From: Candidatus Zixiibacteriota bacterium
GTDB lineage: Bacteria > Zixibacteria > MSB-5A5 > GN15 > FEB-12
Assembly (NCBI GenBank): GCA_024278515.1
Contig: JAJRTA010000227.1
Coordinates: 1-43,362 of the forward strand
DNA length: 43,362 nucleotides
Reading direction: 5' to 3'
Part shown: in pieces, positions 9,461 to 19,014 of the stretch
How the letters are laid out: every line of letters starts with the position of its first letter
Position numbering within the stretch: the first letter of the stretch is position 1
Notes under the pieces: model-generated
Told to the model about the DNA's origin: nothing
What the model saw: only the letters and a program-made list of their open reading frames with translations
Databases searched by the model: none
Made by a program: the position numbers and the translations under genes

Positions 9461-10264
9461 ATGTTCGCCAACGTACCCGTATTGCTCGGGCAGTATCGCC
9501 CCCTTGATTCTTATTTGCATCGGCTCGATGCCCGCGCCAAACTGGCTCCGATCTTGCTGGTGATGATACTGGCCTTGCTGACCGACTCGTTTCTGTTTTA
9601 CGGAATCATTCTCGTGGGGCTGTTCCTTTCGCTGATTCTTAGCGGTATCACCTTCGGCAGTCTGTTGCGGAGTATGCGGCCGGTGGTCTGGCTGGTCATC
9701 CTGACCTCTTTTTATCATCTGATCTTTTCAGGAAAAGGCTCCAGTGCCCTGTTCGAAATATACGGGTGGCGGATAACATCGGAAGCAGTTCGGCTGGCCG
9801 GATTTTATTCAATGCGTCTGCTGATTTTCGTTTCGATTGCTTTTTTACTGACCCTGACAAGCTCTCCTTCAGAACTGGCCGAGGCTTTCTCGAAAATGTT
9901 AAGACCTCTGGTTCGACTCCGTGTGCCGGTGGCTGAGTTGTCGATGGTTTTATTCATGGCGATAAGGTTTATACCTATTCTGTATGATGAATTCAATGCC
10001 GTGCGACATGCTCAAATAGTACGGGGAGTTGATTTCTCCGGATCATTGTTGGCCCGACTCAGGAAATCCACTTACATAGTTATTCCGGTATTGGTGGCGG
10101 CGGTTCAGCGAGCCGATGATGTTGCCCGGGCGATGCAGGCGCGTGGTTACCATGCCGGGCGGGATCGCACAAGCTACCTGAGTTCACATTTCACCGCCCG
10201 TGAAACTGTTTTCTGTGTGGGTTCATGTATGTTTGCAGGACTTGCGTTCTGGTGGGTGGGATAA
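9461..10264 (+). CDS. ecfT: Energy-coupling factor (ECF) transporter transmembrane component T (CbiQ family)
   Basis: 267-aa polytopic protein. It has the N-terminal LDxRxKL pattern (HRLDARAKLAPILL) and the conserved C-terminal coupling helices with ARG-type motifs (AVRHAQIVRG, AMQARGY). Confidence 0.85.
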   Translation: MFANVPVLLGQYRPLDSYLHRLDARAKLAPILLVMILALLTDSFLFYGIILVGLFLSLILSGITFGSLLRSMRPVVWLVILTSFYHLIFSGKGSSALFEIYGWRITSEAVRLAGFYSMRLLIFVSIAFLLTLTSSPSELAEAFSKMLRPLVRLRVPVAELSMVLFMAIRFIPILYDEFNAVRHAQIVRGVDFSGSLLARLRKSTYIVIPVLVAAVQRADDVARAMQARGYHAGRDRTSYLSSHFTARETVFCVGSCMFAGLAFWWVG

Positions 10265-11035
10265 ATGGCCGAACGGAATATCAGGCTGACCATCGAGTAC
10301 GACGGCACCGCCTATTCCGGCTGGCAGGTGCAGGACAACGCCCGTTCGGTACAGGGAGAAATTCAGGCGGCGCTTAAAGCTGTCACCGGCCTTGACATTA
10401 ATTTGATCGGAGCCGGGCGAACCGATGCCGGGGTTCACGCGCTCGGGCAGGTGGCGAATTTCTTTATCGAGCACGGCCTGCCCACGGACAAGTTCCGCGA
10501 CGCCATAAACCATCACCTTGACAGTGATATTGTGATAAAATCAGCCGAGGGAGTCGATCCTGATTTCCACGCCCGGTACAGTGCGCGATTTCGCCGCTAT
10601 CGTTATATGATGGCTCCGCACCGTTCGGCCCTTTATCGTAACCAGCGGTGGGAGTGTCCGTACTCACTTGACCGGTCGAAACTTCAGGAAGCGGCGAAGA
10701 TAATTGCCGGGCGTCATGATTTCGGTCCCTTTTGCCGGACGGCCTCGCGAAAGGATGACAACCACTGTACAATCGACTTTTCACGCTGGTTTTTTGTCGG
10801 TGATCTGATGATTTATGAAATTCGCGGCAACCGTTTTCTGCACCACATGGTGCGCGGCCTGGTGGCTGCGATGGTCAACCTGGCTCGTCTTGAACCTGAT
10901 GACAACAAGCATAACTTGACTTTGGAGAGCTTTGCGGATATCATAAAAAACGCTTCGTGCGAACGTGTTGTGTTCACCGCTCCGGCCCGGGGATTGTACC
11001 TTGTCTCGGTCGGATATGACGAAGGAAAGGCCTGA
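10265..11035 (+). CDS. truA: tRNA pseudouridine(38-40) synthase TruA
   Basis: [14 protein letters not shown]... and the catalytic [11 protein letters not shown] motif, plus RYRY and FLHHMVR motifs. Confidence 0.95.
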   Translation: MAERNIRLTIEYDGTAYSGWQVQDNARSVQGEIQAALKAVTGLDINLIGAGRTDAGVHALGQVANFFIEHGLPTDKFRDAINHHLDSDIVIKSAEGVDPDFHARYSARFRRYRYMMAPHRSALYRNQRWECPYSLDRSKLQEAAKIIAGRHDFGPFCRTASRKDDNHCTIDFSRWFFVGDLMIYEIRGNRFLHHMVRGLVAAMVNLARLEPDDNKHNLTLESFADIIKNASCERVVFTAPARGLYLVSVGYDEGKA

Positions 11036-11682
11036 TGAAGTTCTTTATTGATACCGCTAACCTTGACGAAATCAAGTCGGCCGCCGCGATGGGTGTGCTC
11101 GACGGCGTCACTACCAATCCGTCGCTGGCCGCCAGAGAGAAACGGCCGTACCGTGAACTGCTCAAAGAAATCTGCGAAATAGTACCGGGGCCGGTCTCGG
11201 CTGAAGTTTTCGCCACCGACCATGACGGAATGCTTAAAGAAGCCGAGGAGCTGGCGGCTATCGCCGATAATATAGTCGTCAAGATTCCGACTATACTCGA
11301 AGGTCTCAAGGCGATTCGCTCCCTCGCCGACAAAGGAATCAGCACCAACGCCACACTGGTGTTCTCTCCTGCCCAGGCGTTGCTGGTGGCCAGGGCGGGG
11401 GCGGCTTTCGTGTCACCGTTTGTCGGGAGGCTCGATGATATCTCATCCGACGGCATGGATCTGATCGGACGAATCCTGACTATTTATCGCAACTACGATT
11501 TTGAAACCGAGGTGCTGGTGGCTTCTTCGCGGCATCCGATGCATCTTGTCGAGTCGGCTATGATGGGCGCTGATATTATCACCATGCCGTACGACGTTAT
11601 CACAAAACTGATCAAACATCCGCTGACCGATATAGGGCTGGCTAAGTTTCTGGCCGACGCTGAGAAAGTACCGAAGGGCTGA
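11035..11682 (+). CDS. tal: Short-type transaldolase / fructose-6-phosphate aldolase family protein
   Basis: 215 aa. [14 protein letters not shown]...GVTTNPSL...VKIP...TLVFS...SPFVGRLDD are hallmarks of the TalC/Fsa subfamily. Confidence 0.92.
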   Translation: MKFFIDTANLDEIKSAAAMGVLDGVTTNPSLAAREKRPYRELLKEICEIVPGPVSAEVFATDHDGMLKEAEELAAIADNIVVKIPTILEGLKAIRSLADKGISTNATLVFSPAQALLVARAGAAFVSPFVGRLDDISSDGMDLIGRILTIYRNYDFETEVLVASSRHPMHLVESAMMGADIITMPYDVITKLIKHPLTDIGLAKFLADAEKVPKG

Positions 11683-12977
11683 TGATCAAGCGCTACACAC
11701 TACCTGAGATGGGGGCGTTATGGTCCGATGAGGCCAGGTTCGGGACCTGGCTGGAAGTCGAGGTCGGTGCGGCTAAGGCGATGGCTCGTTACGGTGTGAT
11801 ACCGGCGGCGGCGGTCAAAGTGATTGAAAAAAAAGCGAAGTTCGATATTGACCGAATCAATGAAATCGAAGCCGAGGTCAACCATGATGTGATCGCTTTT
11901 CTGACTTCCGTGTCTGAGTTTGTCGGTGAAGAAGCAAAGTACCTGCACTTCGGCATGACTTCTTCGGATATGCTCGACACCGCTCTTTCGCTTACGCTGA
12001 AAAGGGCCTCGGAACTGATCGACAGGAAAATCAACCAAGCGCTGAAGCAGATCAAACGTCTGGCCGTGAAACATCGCAGGACGCCGTGTATCGGTCGAAC
12101 GCACGGCGTGCTGGCGGAACCGACAACGGCCGGGTTGAAATTTGCAGTCTGGTATACGGAGCTGAGCCGCCGGCGCGAAACGTTCAAAGCGGCGGCTAAA
12201 AACGTGGCGGTAGGGATGATCTCCGGCGCGGTCGGGAATTTCGCCAATGTCGACCCCAGGATCGAAGCCGACCTGTGCCGTCGTCTGAAACTACGTCCCG
12301 CCGAAGTATCAACTCAGGTTATCCAGCGCGACCGGCATGCCGAGTACATAGCATCGCTCGCTCTGCTGGGCTCTTCGCTTGAAAAGTTCGCCACTGAAAT
12401 CCGTAATCTGCAGCGTACCGAGATCGGTGAGATGGCCGAGGGTTTCACCCGGGGACAGAAAGGTTCATCAGCCATGCCGCACAAGCGGAATCCGATCACA
12501 GCCGAGCGTATAACCGGTATCGCCCGGTTGCTGCGCGGTTATGCTGTCTCGGCTATGGAGAATGTGCCCCTGTGGCATGAAAGAGATATCGCGCACTCAT
12601 CAGTGGAGCGGATTATCCTTCCGGACGCGACGATTATTATCGACTACGGTTTGCAAAAGTTTGTCGACCTTCTCAAGGGACTGGTCGTGGATAAGAAACG
12701 GATGCTTGATAATGTCTATTATCGCGGCGGTGTTGTGTTTTCACAACGGTTGCTGTTGAAGCTGACCGGTCCGGTCGGTTCCCGCGACAAGGCCTACCGT
12801 ATGGTTCAACGCAACGCCATGGCCGCCGCGGACAACAACGGTTCGTTCAGAGACAATGTTCATGCCGACAGGGAGATTGCAAAGTATCTTTCATCGGATG
12901 AAATCGAAAGCTGTTTTGATCTGGATTACTACATGCGGAATGTTGACAAGATTTTCAAACGGGTGTTCGGAAAATGA
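11682..12977 (+). CDS. purB: Adenylosuccinate lyase
   Basis: 431 aa with the fumarate-lyase signature GSSAMPHKRNP. The N-terminal [17 protein letters not shown] is typical of PurB. Confidence 0.95.
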   Translation: MIKRYTLPEMGALWSDEARFGTWLEVEVGAAKAMARYGVIPAAAVKVIEKKAKFDIDRINEIEAEVNHDVIAFLTSVSEFVGEEAKYLHFGMTSSDMLDTALSLTLKRASELIDRKINQALKQIKRLAVKHRRTPCIGRTHGVLAEPTTAGLKFAVWYTELSRRRETFKAAAKNVAVGMISGAVGNFANVDPRIEADLCRRLKLRPAEVSTQVIQRDRHAEYIASLALLGSSLEKFATEIRNLQRTEIGEMAEGFTRGQKGSSAMPHKRNPITAERITGIARLLRGYAVSAMENVPLWHERDIAHSSVERIILPDATIIIDYGLQKFVDLLKGLVVDKKRMLDNVYYRGGVVFSQRLLLKLTGPVGSRDKAYRMVQRNAMAAADNNGSFRDNVHADREIAKYLSSDEIESCFDLDYYMRNVDKIFKRVFGK

Positions 12978-13672
12978 TTGCACGCGAAGGACTCGGGATC
13001 ATCTTTGTTCTTCTTGGCCTGACCGTGGTTTTACTCCTGCTGGCCAGTCGGTTTGACAGTCGTTTGCTGGCGGTTGTTTCAAGCCTTTTTGCCCTGCTTA
13101 CGGTTTTCTCGACTTTTTTCTTTCGTGATCCGCCGCGAACGGCCGTTCAGACGGAGGGGGTGCTGGTATCCCCGGCCGATGGCCGTATCCTGAGTGTGGA
13201 GAAAGTGGAGCATAATGAGTTCATAGGAGGGCCGGCATGGCAAGTGTCGATTTTTCTGTCGGTGTTCGATGTCCATATCAACAGGATTCCTGCAGGCGGT
13301 ACGGTTGAATATGTCAAATATAACCCCGGAAAATTCTTCAAGGCGTTTCTTGACAAAGCGTCCGAAGAAAACGAACAGACTGAAATAGGCATAACTATGC
13401 CTGATGGACAGAGGCTGATAGTCAAGCAGATCGCCGGATTGATCGCGCGCAGGATTATCTGCAAGCTGAGCGAAGGGGATAAAGTAACTACCGGCAACCG
13501 GTTCGGGATGATCAAATTCGGCTCACGCACCGAGCTGTTTGTGCCCGCTGATGCCGAGATTACAGTTTCAACGGGAGACCACGTCAAAGGCGGCAGTACT
13601 ATAATCGGTAAGCTCGCCGACAGGGTAACCGGTCAGGCTGATTCATCACAGGCAACCAATGTCGAACTATAG
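12974..13672 (+). CDS. psd: Phosphatidylserine decarboxylase family protein (short, membrane-anchored type)
   Basis: N-terminal TM helices, VSPADGRI, the VHINRIPxxG motif, and the self-cleavage G-S site context FGSRTELF. ATGA overlap with purB. Confidence 0.85.
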   Translation: MIAREGLGIIFVLLGLTVVLLLLASRFDSRLLAVVSSLFALLTVFSTFFFRDPPRTAVQTEGVLVSPADGRILSVEKVEHNEFIGGPAWQVSIFLSVFDVHINRIPAGGTVEYVKYNPGKFFKAFLDKASEENEQTEIGITMPDGQRLIVKQIAGLIARRIICKLSEGDKVTTGNRFGMIKFGSRTELFVPADAEITVSTGDHVKGGSTIIGKLADRVTGQADSSQATNVEL

Positions 13673-14417
13673 AGGAATATTCCCCGGCACGTTTACCATG
13701 GGCAACGTGGTCTGTGGTTTTCTGGCTATCCTGTCTTCATTCGAGGGTAATATCACTACTGCCTGCTGGCTGATCATCCTGGCCGCTTTTCTTGATGCTC
13801 TTGACGGCAAAGTGGCTCGTTTAAGCGGCGGTACATCGCAGTTCGGCGTAGAGCTGGACTCGCTGGCTGATTTTCTGTCGTTTGGTATCGCCCCGGCGGT
13901 CGTTGTTTACGCCATCAAACTCAACGATCTGGGCAAATGGGGCTGGCTGGTTTCGGTGGTGTACATTATGGCCGCCTCGTATCGGCTGGCTCGTTTCAAC
14001 ATAATGGCTGAAACAGAGGAAAAGAAAGATTTCCTTGGTCTGCCGGTGCCGGCGGCGGCGGTGCCGCTTGTTTCATATATAATCTTCTGTTATGAAGTCT
14101 GGGGCGGACTGCAATATGGTCAGGTTTTGGTTTCGATGATCATTCTGTTTTCCTTCCTTATGGTGTCGCAGGTGCAGTATGATGCCTTGCCGGACAAGTT
14201 CACCAGTCCGGAGAATCGAATAAAACTGGTGTTGATACTGATAGCCGGGGCGTCGGTGCTGTTCCGTCCAAGACTGTTGTTGTTTCCGGTTTGCGCGGGC
14301 TATATATTGTTTGGAATTGTAAGGGAGTTCTGGCGGCTGTTCAACAAGTCGGTGGAAAAAGTTACCGGACGGCCGTACCTGAGACATCGAAGCGACAGAA
14401 AGAACTTAGATGGGTAA
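13659..14417 (+). CDS. pssA: CDP-diacylglycerol--serine O-phosphatidyltransferase
   Basis: CDP-alcohol phosphatidyltransferase motif DALDGKVARLSGGTSQFGVELDSLAD in a polytopic membrane protein. Adjacent to psd. Confidence 0.88.
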   Translation: MSNYRGIFPGTFTMGNVVCGFLAILSSFEGNITTACWLIILAAFLDALDGKVARLSGGTSQFGVELDSLADFLSFGIAPAVVVYAIKLNDLGKWGWLVSVVYIMAASYRLARFNIMAETEEKKDFLGLPVPAAAVPLVSYIIFCYEVWGGLQYGQVLVSMIILFSFLMVSQVQYDALPDKFTSPENRIKLVLILIAGASVLFRPRLLLFPVCAGYILFGIVREFWRLFNKSVEKVTGRPYLRHRSDRKNLDG

Positions 14418-14661
14418 GAACAAAAAAGCAGTTGTCTATGTCAGCCTCAAAGACGGGGTGCTGGATCCGCAGGGAGTGACAATTCACAAGGCGCTTAGGC
14501 AGATGGGCTACGATGATTTCGTGTCGGTTCGCTCGGGACGTTTTTTCGAGCTGGAAATCGACGCCGACGGAGCCGATATCGACCGCAAAATCGATGAGGT
14601 CTGCTCCAGACTTCTGGCCAACCCGGTAATCGAAAAGTACAAGGTGGAGAAAGTTAAGTGA
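14410..14661 (+). CDS. purS: Phosphoribosylformylglycinamidine synthase subunit PurS
   Basis: 83 aa with the VYVSLKDGVLDPQGVTIHKALRQMGY... PurS pattern. Overlaps pssA by 8 nt and purQ by 4 nt. Confidence 0.9.
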   Translation: MGKNKKAVVYVSLKDGVLDPQGVTIHKALRQMGYDDFVSVRSGRFFELEIDADGADIDRKIDEVCSRLLANPVIEKYKVEKVK

Positions 14662-15371
14662 AGGTTGGTGTCGTCACATTTCCCGGCTCCAATTGCGATT
14701 ACGACTCCTATGCCGCGGTGAAGCATATCCAGAAGGAACAGGCGGAGTTTCTCTGGCATAAATCGACCGATCTGGCCGGGGCGGATCTGGTCATCCTGCC
14801 GGGCGGATTTTCTTATGGCGACTATCTGCGTGCCGGTGCAATCGCCCGGTTCTCACCGATAATGGACGAAGTGATAAAATTCGCGAACTCCGGTGGAATG
14901 GTGATCGGAATTTGTAACGGTTTTCAGGTGCTGACCGAGTGCGGGTTGCTTCCCGGGGCGCTTATGCGCAATCGTCATCTCAGGTTCAGTTGCAAACAGG
15001 TTTACCTGCGAACGGAACGGTCGGATACGCGGTTCTCCAATCAATGTACGGTTGGTGAGGTGCTTAAAATGCCTGTCGCGCACGGCGAGGGAAACTATTT
15101 CTTTCAGGATGAGAACATCCGTGAACTCGAAGACAACGGCCAGGTCCTGTTTAGGTACTGTGACCGTGACGGACAGGTGACCGATGAAGCCAACCCGAAT
15201 GGTTCAATCAATAATATCGCCGGGATAATAAACCGCGAGGGCAATGTACTCGGTATGATGCCGCATCCGGAGCGGGCGGTAGAGCCTGTCCTCGGTTCGG
15301 TCGATGGCTTGAAAATACTTGATTCGGTCCGGGCGGCCTGTACGCAACCGGCGGGAGCGGCCGGCCGATGA
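14658..15371 (+). CDS. purQ: Phosphoribosylformylglycinamidine synthase glutaminase subunit PurQ
   Basis: GTG start in a GTGA overlap with the purS stop. [10 protein letters not shown], nucleophile-elbow GICNGFQ, and the MPHPER catalytic His region. Confidence 0.93.
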   Translation: MKVGVVTFPGSNCDYDSYAAVKHIQKEQAEFLWHKSTDLAGADLVILPGGFSYGDYLRAGAIARFSPIMDEVIKFANSGGMVIGICNGFQVLTECGLLPGALMRNRHLRFSCKQVYLRTERSDTRFSNQCTVGEVLKMPVAHGEGNYFFQDENIRELEDNGQVLFRYCDRDGQVTDEANPNGSINNIAGIINREGNVLGMMPHPERAVEPVLGSVDGLKILDSVRAACTQPAGAAGR

Positions 15372-15634
15372 AAAAACGGGAAATTACATTTATTATCGTA
15401 GCTCTTATTCTTGGGGCGGTTATCGGCGGACTGGTTGGGGACATAATCGGGACTTTTCTGCCTCCGGGAGCGGCCAAGACATTGTTTACCAAGTCCGTTG
15501 AAATCGGTTGCGATACCTTTAAGGTTGATTTTTATGCTATTTCCTTTACCTTGGGGTTGACCTTGAGGATTAACTTCATGTCGGTACTGGTAGTGCTTTT
15601 GGTGATTGTCTATTTCCGATGGTGGTACCTGTAA
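15368..15634 (+). CDS. Small membrane protein, DUF4321-like
   Basis: 88 aa with two hydrophobic helices flanking a conserved-looking core (GDIIGTFLP...[14 protein letters not shown]). ATGA overlap with purQ. The family assignment is from memory of the DUF4321 pattern and is not verified. Confidence 0.6.
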   Translation: MKKREITFIIVALILGAVIGGLVGDIIGTFLPPGAAKTLFTKSVEIGCDTFKVDFYAISFTLGLTLRINFMSVLVVLLVIVYFRWWYL

Positions 15635-15661
15635 ACCGTCTGAGAACTAAAGAGGTGTACC

Positions 15662-15898
15662 ATGTTTGGCCTGGGCCCCTGGGAATTGGCGCTGGTTTTT
15701 GTGGCGATATTGCTTTTGTTTGGTGCGAAAAGATTACCTGAGATCGCGTCAGGGCTGGGGAAAGGTATTCGTGAGTTCAAAAAATCGGTGAGAGAGACTA
15801 CCGATGAATTGAAAGGTTCGCTTGATGATTTGCCGAAAAGCCAACCGCCGCAGGTTGATAATCATCAGAGCAACAGTGTCAATAAGAAACCGGAGTAA
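15662..15898 (+). CDS. tatA: Twin-arginine translocase subunit TatA/E
   Basis: MFGLGPWELALVFVAILLLFGAKRLPEIASGLGKGIREFKK is the canonical TatA TM helix plus amphipathic helix. Confidence 0.92.
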   Translation: MFGLGPWELALVFVAILLLFGAKRLPEIASGLGKGIREFKKSVRETTDELKGSLDDLPKSQPPQVDNHQSNSVNKKPE

Positions 15899-15919
15899 TT
15901 CAGCGATATCCCGTATTGT

Positions 15920-16375
15920 ATGAGTGCCAGCTTCAACCAGTCCGATGCCGACAAGATCGGTAAAGTTCTCGCCGCTGAGTCGGTGAGTTTCGAAGCGGAT
16001 CATTATCGCCTCAAGCTTGCCAACGACGAAGAGAAACGAACGCTCGTCCTCCAGGTGTATCCCGAGGTGACGCTGGGTAAGGTGCGGGGTATGCTGGTTG
16101 TTGTTTACACCGGCAATTCGCATCTTCAGCTTCATAATTGCACCGGTTATGTTATCTCCAATGAATTGGGCGAAGTAACTTTTGTCTCCGAGCAGAAAGA
16201 CCAGCTTTCCGGGCTGGTAGTGGAACGGGGCGCCTCCTGTTCTCTGTACGGCGGGATGCATCGCGATCTTATATCGTCGGATTTTACGCAACTGGGAGTC
16301 GAGGCCATGCTTTCTGGCGTCGCGATGTCACTGGTTGAAGATATTTTGACTGCGGACAAGGATACAAAAGAATAA
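15920..16375 (+). CDS. Hypothetical protein (151 aa), no recognisable motif
   Basis: The ORF follows tatA by 21 nt and ends before a strong bidirectional terminator. Its composition is protein-like, unlike the overlapping antisense ORF at 15749-16291, which would overlap tatA by 150 nt. Confidence 0.5.
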   Translation: MSASFNQSDADKIGKVLAAESVSFEADHYRLKLANDEEKRTLVLQVYPEVTLGKVRGMLVVVYTGNSHLQLHNCTGYVISNELGEVTFVSEQKDQLSGLVVERGASCSLYGGMHRDLISSDFTQLGVEAMLSGVAMSLVEDILTADKDTKE

Positions 16376-16392
16376 ACGAAATATTACAGCTG

Positions 16393-16430
16393 AAAAAAGC
16401 CGCTGTGATTTCAGTCACGGCGGCTTTGTT
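16393..16430. terminator. Bidirectional rho-independent terminator between convergent genes
   Basis: AAAAAA-GCCGCTGTGA-tttcag-TCACGGCGGC-TTTGTTG: a 10-bp stem (one G.U pair) flanked by an A-run and a T-run. It lies between the stop at 16375 (+) and the stop at 16456 (-). Confidence 0.8.
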
Positions 16431-16455
16431 GTATCTGATAAGCGGATATGTCGGA

Positions 16456-19002
16456 TCAGCTCTTGCCGGCAAACGCCCGTACAAAGTCCTTCAGATCATT
16501 AGTAATTTCTCCGGCCTTCTGGTACCGCTCCGCCGGGTTTTTCTTGAGGGCGCGATCGATTATACGGTCGAACAACAGTGGAACCTGCGGGCTGATATTT
16601 GACGGTTTCTTCGGCTCATCGTTCAGGATAGAGTAAATCAGTGATGTGATATTTTCACCCTTGAACGGTCGCCGTCCGAGAAGCAGCTCATACATAACGA
16701 CACCGAGGCTGAACAGGTCGGCGCGTTGATCGGAGGCCAGCCCTTTGAGCTGTTCCGGCGACATGTAGTTAGGCGTTCCCATTGCGATACCGGTCTTGGT
16801 CATGGAACTGGATTCCACGCGCGCGATACCGTAGTCCATCACTTTGACCCGATAGTCCCTGGTGATCATGATATTGGCCGGTTTGATATCGCGGTGCACG
16901 ATTCCCTGTTGGTGCGCGTACTCGAGAGCCGAGCATATCTGCATTATTATTTCGGCGATAATCCGATAGTTGAACTTGGTCTTTTTCTTGATCATGTCTT
17001 CAAGGGTACGTCCCTCAAGGTATTCCATAGCAATATACTGGAGGTGCCCTTCGCTGCCGACGTCATAAATTGTCACGATATTCGGATGCGACAACTTACC
17101 TGCCGCCTGTGCTTCGCGGTGGAGTCGTATTTTCAGCTCTTCCATCTCCTCAGGGTCACTCACGAAATCGAGCCTGATTGTTTTGAGAGCTACCGGACGG
17201 TTGATGGCCGGATCGACACCCCGATATACCGTACCCATTGCCCCCTTGCCGAGAATGCCTGTGATCTGGTAACGTCCCAGACTCTTCAACTGATCAGCCG
17301 ACTGAATAGTCGGTACGCCGGTCGACGGCGTTGATGGCGTCTGTTCTACGGGACCGGATTCGACAAAAGTGTCCACGTCGTTGGATGATGATTGAGGAGA
17401 AATTATCTCAGGTGCGTTGGTTGCATCGGGACGATCAAGCGATATGTCGGCATCGATTTGCCGCTCCTGAAGCTGTTCGGAAGGAATGTCTGCGCCGGCC
17501 GGTGTTGCGCTGGTTTCATCGACGGTGGTATCGATGTCGATAGCCTGATGGTCCGCCATCGCGTGTTCCGTAGCTGGTGGCGCGGCGTTCACCCGGCCGG
17601 AATCATCATCGACACTCAGCAACGCTGTCTCCAGGTTTTCCGGGTCATTCGCACTGGCTACAATTTCACGTACCGGGACTTCATGGGTCATGGTGGATTC
17701 GGCAGGTTTCGGCTTCTTCGACCGGGGAAGTTCAGTAGCTGCGGACGCCTTGGCGCTGATGGTTTCGGTATCTCCCTTGAGGAAATCTGAATCAAGTATT
17801 GCGGCGGCAAACATGAACAGGATAAGCTCAAGGCCGACAAACAACGTTGTCGGGGCTACGTTGAACGAATTTATCATAAAGTAGTTTACGTTACCGAGGA
17901 TAATCAGTCCTCCGATCAATACTATAAACCGGTACATCAACTGAATCTGAGGGAGGATAAAGGCGAGCAAGCCACCGAGCAGGAAAAGGATCAGCAGGTT
18001 TATCCCGGTCCCGGAAGGTTTGACATCCACTACGTTCTGCCTGAGCAGATTCTCTATTACGCTGGCTGTAACGACGTATCCGGGAGTGGTCGGCTCCACC
18101 GGTGTCTTGAATGACTCGGTGTAGGACGGATCATCAACAGCAACAATTATGACTTTATTCTTAAGGACATTGAAATCGAATCCTTCCGCCAGGACATCCG
18201 CTGCCGAATACTGTCGGAATGTGGATGGAGAGTAGTGCCTGATATAGCATGAACTGTTCATAGTGATGGGAATACTGCCATGCCCCGGAATGTCTATACG
18301 AGCTTGCTCGACAACCAGGACATCAGCTGTTCTGAGACCATAGTAGATAGTGGTCGCCATCAGCGGTGTTGAAGGGTAGTAGTATCCCTCGTAGTTCATC
18401 AGTAAAGGCTGATGCCTCAGAATACGGTCTTCGTCCGGCATAATATAATTGAACGCCAGATAGGGGTCTTTTTCCAGTAATTTGTTGGCCGGAAGGTACA
18501 CTTTGCGAACCTGAAGACTGGCGTCTTCTTCCATCAACCCCAGAGGGTTGTCGATGCCGAGCGAGAAGTTGAACAGGTGATCAGGGTTGTTCGTTTTGCC
18601 GCTGCGGTAAGTGGACAATGCTATGTAGTAAGTAAGGACAACATTTTCCATCCATGACAGTTGTCCCGCCAGAATACCTGTATAACCGGCTGAATCCTGG
18701 TACGCATCCTCACCTAAATCGAAGTCGGCGACAATCACTTTCGGCTCGGCTGAAGCGGCGGCGGCCAGTAAGTCGGCGATACGATCCCTGTTCCAGGGCC
18801 ATGAACCGTATTCATCCTGAGCACGACCGTCGACTTTGATCAGCACGACATTGGAACTCATATCGTCTTCGGTCGTCATAGCCACTATCATGTCGGTCAG
18901 CGTCTGCTGAAGACCGACCAGGGGCCCGAAGTTGTTGATGTATAAGATCACCACAAAGATGGAGATCAGAAGAAAAAGGATGTAGGATGTATACTTGCTC
19001 AT
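16456..19002 (-). CDS. Membrane sensor Ser/Thr protein kinase: N-terminal CHASE2 domain, 3 TM helices, acidic linker, C-terminal Hanks-type kinase
   Basis: CHASE2 hallmark VVLIKVDGRAQDEYGSWPWNRDRIADLL...KVIVADFDL. A TM cluster lies around aa 335-405. Kinase motifs are GKGAMGTVY, ALK, HRDIKPANIM, DYGIA and GTPNYMSPE. AGGA RBS. Confidence 0.9.
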   Translation of the reverse strand: MSKYTSYILFLLISIFVVILYINNFGPLVGLQQTLTDMIVAMTTEDDMSSNVVLIKVDGRAQDEYGSWPWNRDRIADLLAAAASAEPKVIVADFDLGEDAYQDSAGYTGILAGQLSWMENVVLTYYIALSTYRSGKTNNPDHLFNFSLGIDNPLGLMEEDASLQVRKVYLPANKLLEKDPYLAFNYIMPDEDRILRHQPLLMNYEGYYYPSTPLMATTIYYGLRTADVLVVEQARIDIPGHGSIPITMNSSCYIRHYSPSTFRQYSAADVLAEGFDFNVLKNKVIIVAVDDPSYTESFKTPVEPTTPGYVVTASVIENLLRQNVVDVKPSGTGINLLILFLLGGLLAFILPQIQLMYRFIVLIGGLIILGNVNYFMINSFNVAPTTLFVGLELILFMFAAAILDSDFLKGDTETISAKASAATELPRSKKPKPAESTMTHEVPVREIVASANDPENLETALLSVDDDSGRVNAAPPATEHAMADHQAIDIDTTVDETSATPAGADIPSEQLQERQIDADISLDRPDATNAPEIISPQSSSNDVDTFVESGPVEQTPSTPSTGVPTIQSADQLKSLGRYQITGILGKGAMGTVYRGVDPAINRPVALKTIRLDFVSDPEEMEELKIRLHREAQAAGKLSHPNIVTIYDVGSEGHLQYIAMEYLEGRTLEDMIKKKTKFNYRIIAEIIMQICSALEYAHQQGIVHRDIKPANIMITRDYRVKVMDYGIARVESSSMTKTGIAMGTPNYMSPEQLKGLASDQRADLFSLGVVMYELLLGRRPFKGENITSLIYSILNDEPKKPSNISPQVPLLFDRIIDRALKKNPAERYQKAGEITNDLKDFVRAFAGKS

Positions 19003-19014
19003 GGTTTATCCTTT

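Noticed and set aside
15749-16291. 180-aa minus-strand ORF overlapping tatA and the 151-aa hypothetical gene.
   Set aside because: It would overlap the well-supported tatA gene by 150 nt, and its sequence looks like a shadow frame. The plus-strand ORF at 15920-16375 fits the operon and the terminator better, although it is itself only moderately supported.
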